Shown here: one piece after another, positions 1 through 11,253 of the stretch
Layout: each line of letters begins with the position of its first letter
How positions within the stretch are numbered: the first letter of the stretch is position 1
Assembly: GCA_965644295.1 (NCBI GenBank)
Contig: CBFFRP010000217.1
Location: 248,001 to 312,000 of the forward strand
Direction: 5' to 3'
Length of the DNA: 64,000 bases
DNA from: Paraphysomonas bandaiensis
Lineage: Eukaryota; Protista; Chrysophyceae
Notes under the pieces: model-generated
Database searches by the model: none
What the model saw: only the letters and a program-made list of their open reading frames with translations
Told to the model about the DNA's origin: nothing
Translations under genes and position numbers: made by a program

Positions 1-1020
1 ATTCCTGACCATCTACTGGCTAAAAACCAGCAGGCGACCCCGGAAAATATAGCTCTTTTTAAGAGTGCGAAGGCGGGGTCGATGACCGGGGTGCTTAACG
101 CTATCGATAAGGGTGCCAAACCTGATTTTTTTTATAACCCTGAGGACTCTAAGAACGCCCTCCATGTCGCCGCTGAGGAGGGATACACAGATATCGTGCG
201 GGAACTTATAAAGGATGGCGCCTGTGTAGACTGTATTGTGCTCGGCTCAAAAGATACCGCTCTCCATCTCGCAACAAGAAATCAGCACACTGAAGTCGTT
301 AAGATCCTGATCGATGCTGGCGCAAGTTGCACTGCAGGTAATTGTGCGGTGTGAATCAACCAATAGGCATGTTTTCTAATGAATTTTATGCTCGTGTTAT
401 TGAAATGTGTTACATTACTGAATGCTATGTATTTCTAGTCAACGGATACGGCAACTCAGCTCTTCACGAGGCGATGCGGGAGGACTGTGAGGAGATCTCT
501 GAGCTACTACTTGCCCAGGGATGTGACGTCAACCTTCCAAACCATAAGGGGAGCACCCCGTTTCATTTTCTCTGCTATCATGAGCAGGCTACTCCTGGCC
601 ACCTGGAGTTCGCTCGAAAATTGGTTAAGCACGGTGCAGATATTCACGCCCGGGACGGAAGAGGGATGACCCCATTCCTTGTGTGTTGTTCCAGTGGAAG
701 GTGAGTCCTGCTAGTAATTTCCTCTATTCTAGCTTTGTGAATTCATATATCTTGGTTTTGTGTATGGACGCACTGTTTGCAATATACATCTACATTAAGT
801 GACTTTCTCGAAATATGTTTAGCATACCGTATTGACCGTTTTCTGTAGGGAGGACCTGATCGATCTCTTGCTTGAGGAAGGAGCTGATCCTACTGTCAGA
901 GATGGGAGTGGTCGAAGTGCCCATGATATTGCTGAATTTCATCGCCACCCTCACATTATGCAGAGATTCACAGACGAGTCTCCGGTTCACAGATTTCACA
1001 CCGCCTTTGACAGGAAATAA
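1..1020 (+). CDS. Ankyrin-repeat protein, 5' end outside window; exons <1-337, 439-700, 849-1020
   Basis: Ankyrin motifs NALHVAAEEG, TALHLATRNQ, SALHEA, TPFHFLC, TPFLVCC. GT-AG introns 338-438 and 701-848 join the three ORF pieces in frame; frame is open back to base 1. Confidence 0.9.
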
Positions 1021-1220
1021 ATCCAACAATTATTCCAATCCCTATCGTTATGTTATTCAAGGGCACGTGAGATTTACTCAATTTTAAAGGAAAGTGTAAA
1101 ACTTCTGTTGTTAGTTTTAGTTTATGATGTGATAAAATGATGTATCTCCGTAGTGAATTGTAATAAATCTGGAATGAAATCGACATACACCTTGAGACCT
1201 GGTGGTGAACTTTTTGCATT

Positions 1221-1431
1221 TAACAGAAGTTGACATTATTTGCTAAGGTTTACTATTCTCAACTGATAAGATGAAATTATAAACATTACATGATAAAGAA
1301 CCTAAGTTGTGTTCGATGTGTTCAACACCATTCATTTACTACTATAGTGTACAAACCACCCACTCAGTGATCGTATCCTGTATAGTCATCCACTTCTACT
1401 TCAGTTTCATACTACATAATATATATGTAAT
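1221..1431 (-). repeat. Extra partial LTR copy (3' ~203 bp of the LTR) appended to the 3' LTR
   Basis: 1221-1423 is identical to 1432-1634. Junction 1419-1433 is the reverse complement of LTR bases 1641-1655. Confidence 0.95.
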
Positions 1432-1724
1432 TAACAGAAGTTGACATTATTTGCTAAGGTTTACTATTCTCAACTGATAAGATGAAATTATAAACATTAC
1501 ATGATAAAGAACCTAAGTTGTGTTCGATGTGTTCAACACCATTCATTTACTACTATAGTGTACAAACCACCCACTCAGTGATCGTATCCTGTATAGTCAT
1601 CCACTTCTACTTCAGTTTCATACTACATAATATAATGTACTAATTACATATATATCTTTCGATCCTTGCATCTCACATAATACTGCACTCAATTGCAAGT
1701 ATATAGAATCTTCAGATCTCAACA
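1432..1724 (-). repeat. 3' LTR (293 bp)
   Basis: Base-for-base identical to 6432-6724; reads TGTTG...CTGTTA on the minus strand. Confidence 0.97.
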
Positions 1725-1733
1725 CTCCCCCTC
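1725..1733 (-). other. Polypurine tract
   Basis: GAGGGGGAG lies immediately 5' of the 3' LTR start TGTTGAG on the minus strand. Confidence 0.9.
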
Positions 1734-1849
1734 AATTGAGTGTTGTACTTATGACGCCTCCCAGCTATTGAATGCCTGAGATAAAAAAATTCTTGACAGT
1801 AAAATAGACTCATCTCTAAGTCTAAACCTCTGTCTAAAAAACTCAGTAC

Positions 1850-4233
1850 CTACTTGCGCCTTCTTTTATCCCTTGGTCCCTCATTAATCACTTCAGTGGA
1901 ACTCTTAACTTTCTCTCCAAGATTTCTCTTTCTCTGCTCCATATATGATAAACCAACCAATGACTTTGTATAAATATCTGCTGCTTGTTGCGATGTATGC
2001 ACATGCACTAACTTAATCGTATTGAACTGATTGGGATCCACGTGCTCTCTCACCATGTGATACTTAATCTCAATGTGCTTCGACTTCTTGTGAAACACTG
2101 GATTTTCGGCCAAATCCTGGGCACTCTGACTGTCGATGAAGAATGGTGTGGGTTTGATGAGCCTCAACTTAATCTCACCCGTCACCCCCCGAACCCATAG
2201 CACTTCTTGGAGACCCGAGTAAATACACTGATACTCAGACTGCATGCTTGACGTTGCCACTGTCGTCTGCAGTTTGGACTGCCAGACTATAGGCCCTCCC
2301 GCTGCAAACCCAACGTACCCCGACGTGGACTTCCTGGAGAGCTGATCTCCCGCCCAATCCGCGTCAGTAAACATATGGAAGTCGAACCGTCTACTCCCAT
2401 ATTGAATCCCTTTGTCAATAGAACCACGAATATATTGCCATACATGTGTTAATAGCTTGCATACTTCAATATTCACCTTATTACTGAACCGAGACAGTAC
2501 TCCCACTGCATAGGCAATATCCGGCCTCGTGTTCATCGATAGATATAGTAATGCACCTATCAGCGGCCGATATGGGAAGTTATCTACTATAAGCTGTTCC
2601 TCCTCGGTATGCTCATGCCGCGCCCCTTTTGCCACTAAATCCATTGCTTCCGCCGGTAGAGGACTCTTCCGTACCTTTCGCGGTGACCCAAGATACTTTT
2701 CAAACTTTTCTAAGATCTTAGCCGCATATACTGATTGGTCAAGACGAATATACTCTGGCGTTCTTGTGACTCGAACATTCAGAAAATGTTCCATCTCGCC
2801 CATATCCTTCATATCAAACCGGGCACACAGTTGAGCTTTAATATCCTTCACTATGTTGACATCACGACCTAACACTAGGATATCATCCACATATATCGTT
2901 AATAATATCAATTCATCGCCCTTATACTGATAATACAAACACGGGTCTAATACACATGGTTTAAAATGCATAGATCGTATGAATTTATCCAATGTTTTCC
3001 ACCACGACCGCGGGGAACTCCGAAGCCCGTATAACGACTTCTTCAACTTAAAGCAGTACCCCTCAGGCAGCTGAAAGTCCGGAGTTGCCTTCATATATAC
3101 ATCCCCCTCTATATCTGCATATAGAAATGCGTTAGACACATCCAGTTGATGAATTACCATGTTCATCACGAAAGCTATGGCGATTAACAGTCGCACTGTT
3201 ACCCCCTTAACAACGGGTGCGAAATGGTTCGCCCAACCACTCGACTGCTGTCCACAACCGATTGCTACAAGACGAGCCTTATATCGGCGGACCTCTCCCT
3301 CCTTATCGTACTTCTTTCCATAGACGTACTTGGAGTGCAGTGGGACGACTCCGTCCGGTATACGAGTCACCTCCATGGTATCTCGCTTCGCCAAACCCTC
3401 TCGCTCTACACGGCGAGCTCGTCTCCACTCCCTGTGCTCGGCACTCTCCAAGGACTCACGATGTGTCTGAGGCACTGTCGACTCTTCCGCTGACATCCAC
3501 ACTGAGTCTGCCTCCTGTAAAAGGTCACTCACATCACTCTCATCACTCAAATGATGGATTTGTCCTAACACCGACACATTCGTTACCGTCCTTGGAGTTC
3601 TTGCGCGTTTGCCGTGCGGATGATTCTCGGCAGGGGTCCCTTCCCCCGAAGGTAATGCTGAGTCAGCCTGGGGCTGCACCTGCCCACTTTCCGACTGCTG
3701 TGGCACCACTCCGCTGATACCGCCGTCACGGTTGTCAGTAACTCTGGCCCTAACCACCCTCTGCGCAAGATCCTCTGTCATCTTCTTGATGTCAGCAATA
3801 TGAATAGGAGTTTTATCCTCCACTTGAACCTGGTTACCAGTAACCAACGACCGGTATCCCACAATAAGTCCCTTCCTTATCACCACTCTGTTAGTCTTGT
3901 ATAGCAGACCACCATCCTCATGGTGCTTTCCGATAAGATACTCAAACTCACCCGGTTGACGAGCCTCGGGATCTATAGCCACTTGAGCCTCCTCCAGCTC
4001 TCTATAATAATCCTGAGACCTCTCAGGTACCGATTCATCAAATAATACATGTACAGAGTGTACTACGGTGTCCCCCACTAGCACCTTGTATCCTTTTCGA
4101 TCAGCTGGATACCCTATGAAATAACCTGTCATTGCTTTGTCCTCCCAGTCCTTCCTCCTGTCGGCCTTGGGTGTTAGCACATATGCTTTGCACCCCCATT
4201 TCCGTAGCCACGATAGGCTGGGAACGCTCCCCC
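1850..4233 (-). CDS. pol: Copia pol, C-terminal part: integrase C-terminus, reverse transcriptase, RNase H
   Basis: WGCKAYV; RT motifs YKARLVA, HQLDVSNAFL, LKKSLYGL, YVDD; RNase H FTDADWAGD, FHKKSKHIEIKYH. One base out of frame with the upstream ORF at the C5 run 4229-4233. Confidence 0.95.
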
Positions 4234-6447
4234 TGGGACACACTCATATGGAGACATCCATCCTTGCCACGTCCGAGTTGGCATTCGTCGCACAATGTAA
4301 CATGCAGTTTGATAAGCATCAAACCAGAACGACTTTGGAAGTCCAGATGCCGTCAACATCGTCAGTGTCATCTCCCCAATTGTTCGGAATTTCCTCTCAG
4401 ACACCGCGTTGAGCTCTGGCGTGTCTCGTGTTGTATGTGACACCCGAGTCCCATATCGCTGCAACAGATACTCTCTTATCTGCTGACTAATAAGTTCGGA
4501 TCCTCCATCGGCATGATACTCCACTATACGGTTCCACCCCTCGTACTTCACTAAGTGGACCTCGCACAAGTGTCGTAGACATTTGAACACCTCCTCTCCG
4601 CTTCGAGTCCTCAATCCATATTCCCATATCATCTTTGTTGCTAAGTCCGTGAATAGGAGCACGTACTTATACCCTTGTCTGGATTCACAATTCAGGTAGA
4701 CTGAGATGTCCGCTGTCACTCGTTCCAGAAACCTGACTGCGCTTAGCTCTTCGTTGTCCCGTGATTTGAACGAATGCCTGGTTATCTTCGCCTTGGCACA
4801 CCATTTACACAGGGGTTTCTTGCAACTCTTCTCCTTTGCCTTCGAAAGGTGATGTCGTTGTAGTCCTGATCCTCTGAATAACATGTGTCGGTGAGCTTCT
4901 AATAACTTCGATTTCGAGACATGTCCAGTACGCTCATGTAAGCGATCCAACGCATCTTGTCCTGTATTATCCGACAAATTTACCTCCTCCATCTGATTGC
5001 ACATAGACACATTTGGCAGATTTAACACCTCCATCAAGTCCACATACGGCATCCCTCCATGCTCATCGTACTCTCCAGTCAACACCTCGTTTCCAGAGTC
5101 CAATTCCACGATTTTAGGCTTTCGAAGCAGTTGTAATCCGTATCCCATTGATCTCAGCATTCCTCCTGACACAATGTTCTTCACCGCTTCTTCACTAACT
5201 CTGATGTCTCTCCATTCCCCGAATGTACCAGTTCCCTGTGTCTCCAATTGAGAACCCTTTCTAGTTAGTTGGATTGCCCCAAACTCAGGAGTAAATGACT
5301 CCAGTGCAATTTTATCCTTTACTATAAACAGTCTTTTACTTGCACAACTGTCCAGATATACACGAGGTTCTTCCGACGTATCCACCGATAGCAAAACCTC
5401 TTCTCCAAACATATTCGCTTCATCATCCGACGACTCTCCGTCGTTGACGTATTTCTTCCATTCTGTCTCGAATTTCCTGTTCGATTTTCGAGGATTCTCA
5501 TTATCCGGGTTTTTTATGTTCTTCCGTTTTTTCGACTTGCACTGTCGGGCTTTATGACTAAAATCTCCACAGATATGACAACCAGTATAATCCTTTGATC
5601 CTGGCTGCTGCACACTCTTCGAAGCCTTTTCCTTTGTCTTCCCTTTTCTTTTGAACTTATCCATTTTTCTTTGTCGTTCCTTAGCATAACAATTCGCTGC
5701 TACATGTCCCTTCTTCCGACAAAATGAACAAACCACTGGCTCCTTCGACGCCGTAAAATTGATCTCTTCAGATTTGTCTCCCTTTAGTTTCTTCAGCTGC
5801 GTCATAGCCTCGTCATACTCTTCACAAGCCTCTTTCACCGAATCAAATGTAGTTGTTGCTTTAGGCATCATCGCTACCGACATCCATAAATCATGTAATT
5901 CCTCTATCTGCAGCGCTGCTTTTATCTTTGCTAATTTACTTGCCTCTGTCTGCGGTTGTCCCAATTTTATGAGCTTCTGGATTATACCGTTCAGTCGATC
6001 TACCCCAACAGACACCTTTTCCCCCGGCCTTATTTTGAACGAATGGTATTCTGCCGTAGTCTTCTCCAATACAGTCCCAATCTCGCCTCTGAACCTATCA
6101 ACCAGTGTCTGAAGGAGCTCACTGGATAACACCTCCTTAGCAGGATCATCAGCAGGTAAAATTGCCTTCCCCTCCAAATATTGATTGGCTACCTCCAACA
6201 CATCAGGGTCATGCTCGCAAGCCTCCCAAATAGTACTAACACAGGTATCATTACGCTCTCTCCATGACTCTAAATTCCTTCCTCCGGCTGGCGGGTCCTC
6301 CAAGCCAAGATGGTTTCGGTTTTTCTTCATTAGATGCATCTTGATTTTTCTCGCTGAATAGTCTGCTTGGTTCTTGTCAAACCGTAGCTTCTTGTCATCT
6401 TCCCCATCCCTACAACTATCACTCGCTACCATAACAGAAGTTGACAT
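4229..6447 (-). CDS. gag-pol: Copia gag-protease-integrase part of the polyprotein
   Basis: Two CCHC knuckles (CSFCRKKGHVAANC, CHICGDFSHKARQC), protease LDSCAS, HHCC motif (HERTGH...CKWC), integrase D-D-E (ADIS, ADGG, SERK). Confidence 0.95.
6422..6431 (-). other. Primer binding site, probably for initiator tRNA-Met
   Basis: TGGTAGCGAG directly follows the 5' LTR; complementary to a tRNA 3' end CUCGCUACCA and similar to the yeast Ty1 PBS TGGTAGCGCC. Confidence 0.8.
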
Positions 6448-6724
6448 TATTTGCTAAGGTTTACTATTCTCAACTGATAAGATGAAATTATAAACATTAC
6501 ATGATAAAGAACCTAAGTTGTGTTCGATGTGTTCAACACCATTCATTTACTACTATAGTGTACAAACCACCCACTCAGTGATCGTATCCTGTATAGTCAT
6601 CCACTTCTACTTCAGTTTCATACTACATAATATAATGTACTAATTACATATATATCTTTCGATCCTTGCATCTCACATAATACTGCACTCAATTGCAAGT
6701 ATATAGAATCTTCAGATCTCAACA
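6432..6724 (-). repeat. 5' LTR (293 bp)
   Basis: Identical to 1432-1724; contains a TATATAT box and the first in-frame gag ATG (6447). Confidence 0.97.
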
Positions 6725-7038
6725 GCATTTACTTTCTGTACAATTGTGCCGTGAAAGTGAAATATAGTTGTAATTCGTAATTTTATGTTCCTTATATCCT
6801 TATATCAGTCTTAAAAGTATATACCTTGAAAAAATCCAGCATATAGGTAGTGAGATACTTTTCAAGAGAGTATTAAGTTAATCTATCAATCATAAACCGT
6901 TGTGGCTATGTGGGATAATAGGATGAGCTCACACACACCCAGTCGCATCAGTATTCTTCAATTCGTAGAAGCTTTTTTTACAACAATTAATGTACAAATC
7001 GTAAAGAAATTAAAATACCAAGGGCAGCGATACAGTCC

Positions 7039-7842
7039 TCAACAATCTTCCTTCTTTGCAAAAGCAATAATCGTAAATCTCATCTCCCCAGGGTCTCTAC
7101 TCATAAAGGAACGAATTTCTTCACAAGATCTTTCCAAAACTGCTTCCGGATTACATGGCCCATGATTAATAGGACAAGACTTTCGACCATCTAGCTCATA
7201 AAGATTCCCCTCTACACATCTGACATGCAAAATAAATATCATCAGGCAAAAATAAGGTATGAATGGTGTAACGTACGAGAAGCACACGAAATGGGTATTG
7301 ACATCTTCTCCACATTCTGTCACACCTTGTTGGGTAGCGGTCTCGTGGATTGCCTCAATTTCTTCGTCTTGATTAATGAACTAAGTTGCGCAGATTAGGA
7401 TACCCATAAACGCTGTGTGACGTACCTCTGCTCTTTCTTCAGCCGTCATTGAGCTTGTGCGAGCATAGAATCTGTCCAAATAGCTACCACTACGCACGGT
7501 GACATGATCTAGTACATTCCCCACGCAATTCAAAAGGGCGATAGTTCCACATGCATTCTTAATCGTCTGCTTTGTATAAAACAATCGATCAGACACGTGT
7601 TGTCCCTCATTCTCAATTCTTCTCTGCTCATTATCTCGAAACCCTCTTATTTCAGGTGTATCCTTCACCGGATACAGCATAATCACCCCTAACACAGGCC
7701 TAGGCACCATACTGAGAGCCCACTCCTCTGTGGACAACACATCGTAAAAGCTATACTCAGAGGTCTCCAGACCCATGCCGTGCATGTATGTATCGATTAC
7801 ATCCGGATTGGATTCGATTGGGTGCCATCGTTTCTCTGGCAT
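7039..7842 (-). CDS. UCHL3: Ubiquitin C-terminal hydrolase, peptidase C12 (UCH-L3-like); exons 7842-7426, 7380-7277, 7219-7039
   Basis: WHPIESNPDV start; oxyanion Gln and catalytic Cys (QTIKNACGT), His (NTHFVCF) and Asp (YELDGRK); two in-frame GT-AG introns. Confidence 0.93.
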
Positions 7843-8239
7843 GCCGCTGTGAAATCTTACTCTATCACTATATGACTATCTGCTGGGCGGATGTACACAG
7901 CAGTGTGGTGAAGTGTGCCTGAGCATGCATGTAATGTACTCGGTATGATGCATATATCCACATACACATCATCAGAACAGAATCATGTACACAGCAGTAT
8001 ACTACTGTATATCAGCTATGTATACAGCAGTATTAGCTATGATCTGTGGACTATGGTAGGCGAATGCATCTTATTTTCGGAAATAAATTGAAGCATAAAT
8101 GCTCTATACAAATGCAATACAACAATGGCTGGAATACAGATAATTGTTGTCTCAATATTAGAGGCATATTGGAACAAAAATATACAAAGGATACGGGAAT
8201 TCCTAGTTCTGTTTTGTACACTCGTACAAACTGTAAAAG

Positions 8240-8264
8240 GCCCGCAGTCTTTATTCAGACCAGG
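8240..8264. repeat. 25-bp motif shared with 47706-47730
   Basis: GCCCGCAGTCTTTATTCAGACCAGG vs GCCCGCGGTCTTTATTCAGACCAGG, 24/25 identical. Confidence 0.8.
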
Positions 8265-8643
8265 CCTGAAAAAAACGACAAAACAGTAACATATAGAAAC
8301 ACACGTTACAATATTAACCTCTTAAAGTGTTGATAGAAAGTATTCATTATAGATGACTGAGACATGAATATCTTCACAACAAGTAGTCGAAATAACGGAG
8401 TACTCGTAGAGCAGTACTCCTCATCATTCTCAGTTTAGTGTGGATTCGCAAATATTTGCTTCGCTCTATCGGGATGCACCAGCTTGCACGTTCGACATTA
8501 AACATAGCATGACTCTCATGTAGTTTCTATTCCATTCGCTGACAAGTGCTATAAGCTAACAACACGATGTAGTTGGCTACAGCGCATGTCCATACAGTGC
8601 ATATCCATACACTTCCTGGCCATCCATACGGATAATACGCAAC

Positions 8644-9676
8644 TTGTCGGTTAGCAATTTAGTTATTGAAGTATCTGCGAGGAACGACGAATAAAGGAAT
8701 AAAATTCAGTACAAGAGGTTCGATTTACATGTGTACAGCTATGCCTACTGGGCGACTGACATACTCACGAGATGTTCGACTGCGGGATAGTTTCTTATGT
8801 GCTGGAGCAATTGCATGGCAGTCGAAATTACAAACTACGGTTGCTATTTCCAGCATGGAGTCCGAATATATGGCTGTGTATGCTGCCATGGTCTGGCTTC
8901 GGGGGGTGCTCCGCGAACTTGGACTATCGCTAACGATGCCAACCCCATTCTTCATGTACAGCAACAGCGCTAAAGACTTGTCAGAAAATCCAGTGTACCA
9001 TAAACGATCTAAACATATACAGCTAAAGTATCACTGGGTCCGTGAGAACGTCAATTGTAAGTTTTCCAACAGCCTGGTTAATACATTTCTCAACAAAAGA
9101 CATGGCGGCCAACATATTCACGAAATCGTTATCTTCAAGCTGTTTAAGTTCTACGAAGAAACGATTCAGGGGAGAAGAGGAGTATTCAAATGAAGTAGAA
9201 GTGAGCCAGAAGAAGCGCTCAAAGGTTAGTGTGTGTTTTAGTGGGTATGAATTCCACATAACTGTGTTAGAGCGAAGTGTGGTGTACACAGTATCTTTAT
9301 GAAGATTTTACATCCGTTTTATCCTATATTATTACTAGATTTAGAAGTAATGTATAGCTGTAGTATAATGACGATTACCCGTTTCTACACTGAGTGGGAG
9401 TGTTGGAATACGTATGTTTCCCTAAGATAGAACTGTAGAATTCGTTAAATACAATGTGAAAATCAGTAATACGTAGTCAAAATGACTGAATAGCTACAAC
9501 TGTGAAACTGAAATATCATAACGGAAGTTAGTCAGAGGTTGACATGGAAAAAATATAAATTATGTTGTTGATGTGTTTTACGTGACAATGCATAATTGCC
9601 TACGTAATAATAATCATCTATCTAGTCTAACGACATAACTTTTCTTTCACGATCTAAAGAAGTAAAATCTTCAAAG
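8644..9676 (+). mobile_element. Degenerate copia relic (RT end/RNase H, PPT, 3' LTR) related to the intact element
   Basis: Frameshifted WQSKLQTTVAISSMESEY and ENPVYHKRSKHIQLKYHWVRE; PPT-like GAGTGGGAG (9392-9400) followed by TGTTGG at 9401. The right boundary is approximate. Confidence 0.85.
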
Positions 9677-9888
9677 TCAATAAATTGGCTGGCTTAAATA
9701 TTCAGCATCTTAAGTTGTGTAGTTACTGATCATAGGAACAAACCCAATATCTGTTAGCATAGAAGCTGGGATGTATGTGTCCAGTGCATAGTCACTTTAT
9801 CATTTTATTAATCGTTTGTGTGACAGTATAAGAGTCAGTATACACTATTAGGATTCAGCTTAATACATGATTGTATCTGTGAGTTATA

Positions 9889-10111
9889 ATGTTCAATGAA
9901 ATATACCATGAACTGAATTAGAGAGAGTATCTGTCAAAGATACGTGATCGTCATCATAACGTCGTCATTATCAGTTACGCTTCTAACTATTCCGTTGTGC
10001 ATGATAGTACGTCCTATATTGTTATTCATAATTTTCACTCTGTCGTGTTCATTACTTACACTCTAATAATCACAACATTGTTTTTACTATTATAAAGATC
10101 AATTCTTTATT
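9889..10111 (+). repeat. Dispersed repeat, copy 1 (pairs with 45663-45869)
   Basis: 32-bp perfect match ATGTTCAATGAAATATACCATGAACTGAATTA followed by about 190 bp of colinear, diverged similarity. Confidence 0.85.
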
Positions 10112-10440
10112 TACACCTTAACCTCAGCACACAACAGTAATAACATATCAAAAATCATTTGCAGTGAACAAACTGAGCACCTATACAACTATCGTCGCGA
10201 TACATAGTATAAGCTGATTACAGATATTCAACAGTATAGTAGTATAAATGACGCAGTAAATAAATCAGGGTAACAGTAGTGTGTGTGCAATAATACACTC
10301 ATACAGAGGAACCGTAGTATGTGTCCAATAACAATGGACTGGAATCATTGGATAGCAATGCGTATCATTATAAATTAAACAGGATGGCATATATATGAAT
10401 ATATTACACGACTATTTTAGAGCTAAAAGAGGAGTTTATA

Positions 10441-10962
10441 AATGGCAATGCAGAGAATGTTCAGTCAAAAAGGGCCTACTGAAGCGAAAGACACCTCAAC
10501 ACCTTGAAATTTTGATGTTTCTGCGTAAAATCGGCATCTTTGGGATGAGATTGTAGTTCAGAAAGTTATTCTAAAATCCAATTAATTGCCAATTAGTTGT
10601 TACATACATTCTGCGGAATCTGCTATAACGTGATTAGTACTCTATTCATATGTATAAGTGTAATATTTTAGACCTCTCACTACACTATTTCCTCTTGACG
10701 GAGTGAAACATATGTCTATAAATGGTTTGTATTTAGTCACTACACGGTAATTTCCTATGGGTCGGTAGGGTCAAGCAAGGTGTGAGTATGACTCTTCGGC
10801 GTATAGAGCTACTTATACGCCTACGCATAAATCGTCGCATCTGAAATTAAATGAAATTTTCTATGCTTGCAGCTAATGTACGTAGTTTAATTGCAATTAA
10901 TTACAACAACAACATTAGGACAGCAAGTAGTAATAATCGCAATTTTAATTGACTACAACCTG
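10441..10962 (+). mobile_element. Degenerate hAT transposon right half (dimerisation-domain remnant plus decayed terminus)
   Basis: Frameshifted translation RMFS...KRKTPQHLEILMFLRK/RHLWDE. 10885-10962 resembles the reverse complement of the MITE at 29920-30019 (TTAATTGCAAT, GACAGCAAGTA, ...CAACCTG). Confidence 0.65.
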
Positions 10963-11253
10963 CGTCAGTAGATGAGTAGTAGATACATATACTACTATGC
11001 ATTGTAATGTAAGCTAACTTAACACTAACAATATCGGCACTATGGTTCTAGCCTCTCGGTCGACCAATCACTATTTTAACCATAAAATATATTGTAATGC
11101 AATAATCTCTAAAACCTTAAACACAATAAACAGTTTAAAGAACATCACTTAAGCAACAACTTCATCAACTACGCATATGATATCGGAGTTCTTTGCAAAG
11201 TGAATATATAATACGTGATTTACATAATTAAAACGTCACTTTTACTTAAGTCA

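Larger units (their letters stand above)
1221..6724 (-). mobile_element. Full-length, very young Ty1/copia LTR retrotransposon
   Basis: Identical 293-bp LTRs (1432-1724, 6432-6724). 5-bp TSD GCATT at 1216-1220 and 6725-6729. PBS TGGTAGCGAG abuts the 5' LTR and PPT GAGGGGGAG abuts the 3' LTR. Domain order gag-PR-IN-RT-RH. Confidence 0.98.

Noticed and set aside
1221-1724. Tandem ~210-bp repeats as CRISPR or satellite
   Set aside because: They are LTR sequence; there is no repeat-spacer structure and the context is eukaryotic.
4174-4243. Programmed ribosomal frameshift in gag-pol
   Set aside because: The break is inside integrase rather than at the gag/pol boundary, and there is no canonical slippery heptamer; a 1-bp indel is simpler.
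2529-6112. Plus-strand ORFs inside the retrotransposon (e.g. 3217-3717)
   Set aside because: Antisense shadows of gag-pol with no recognisable motifs.
1432-6724. LTRs offset by exactly 5000 bp
   Set aside because: Round-number coincidence; PBS, PPT, TSD and ORFs are all biologically coherent.
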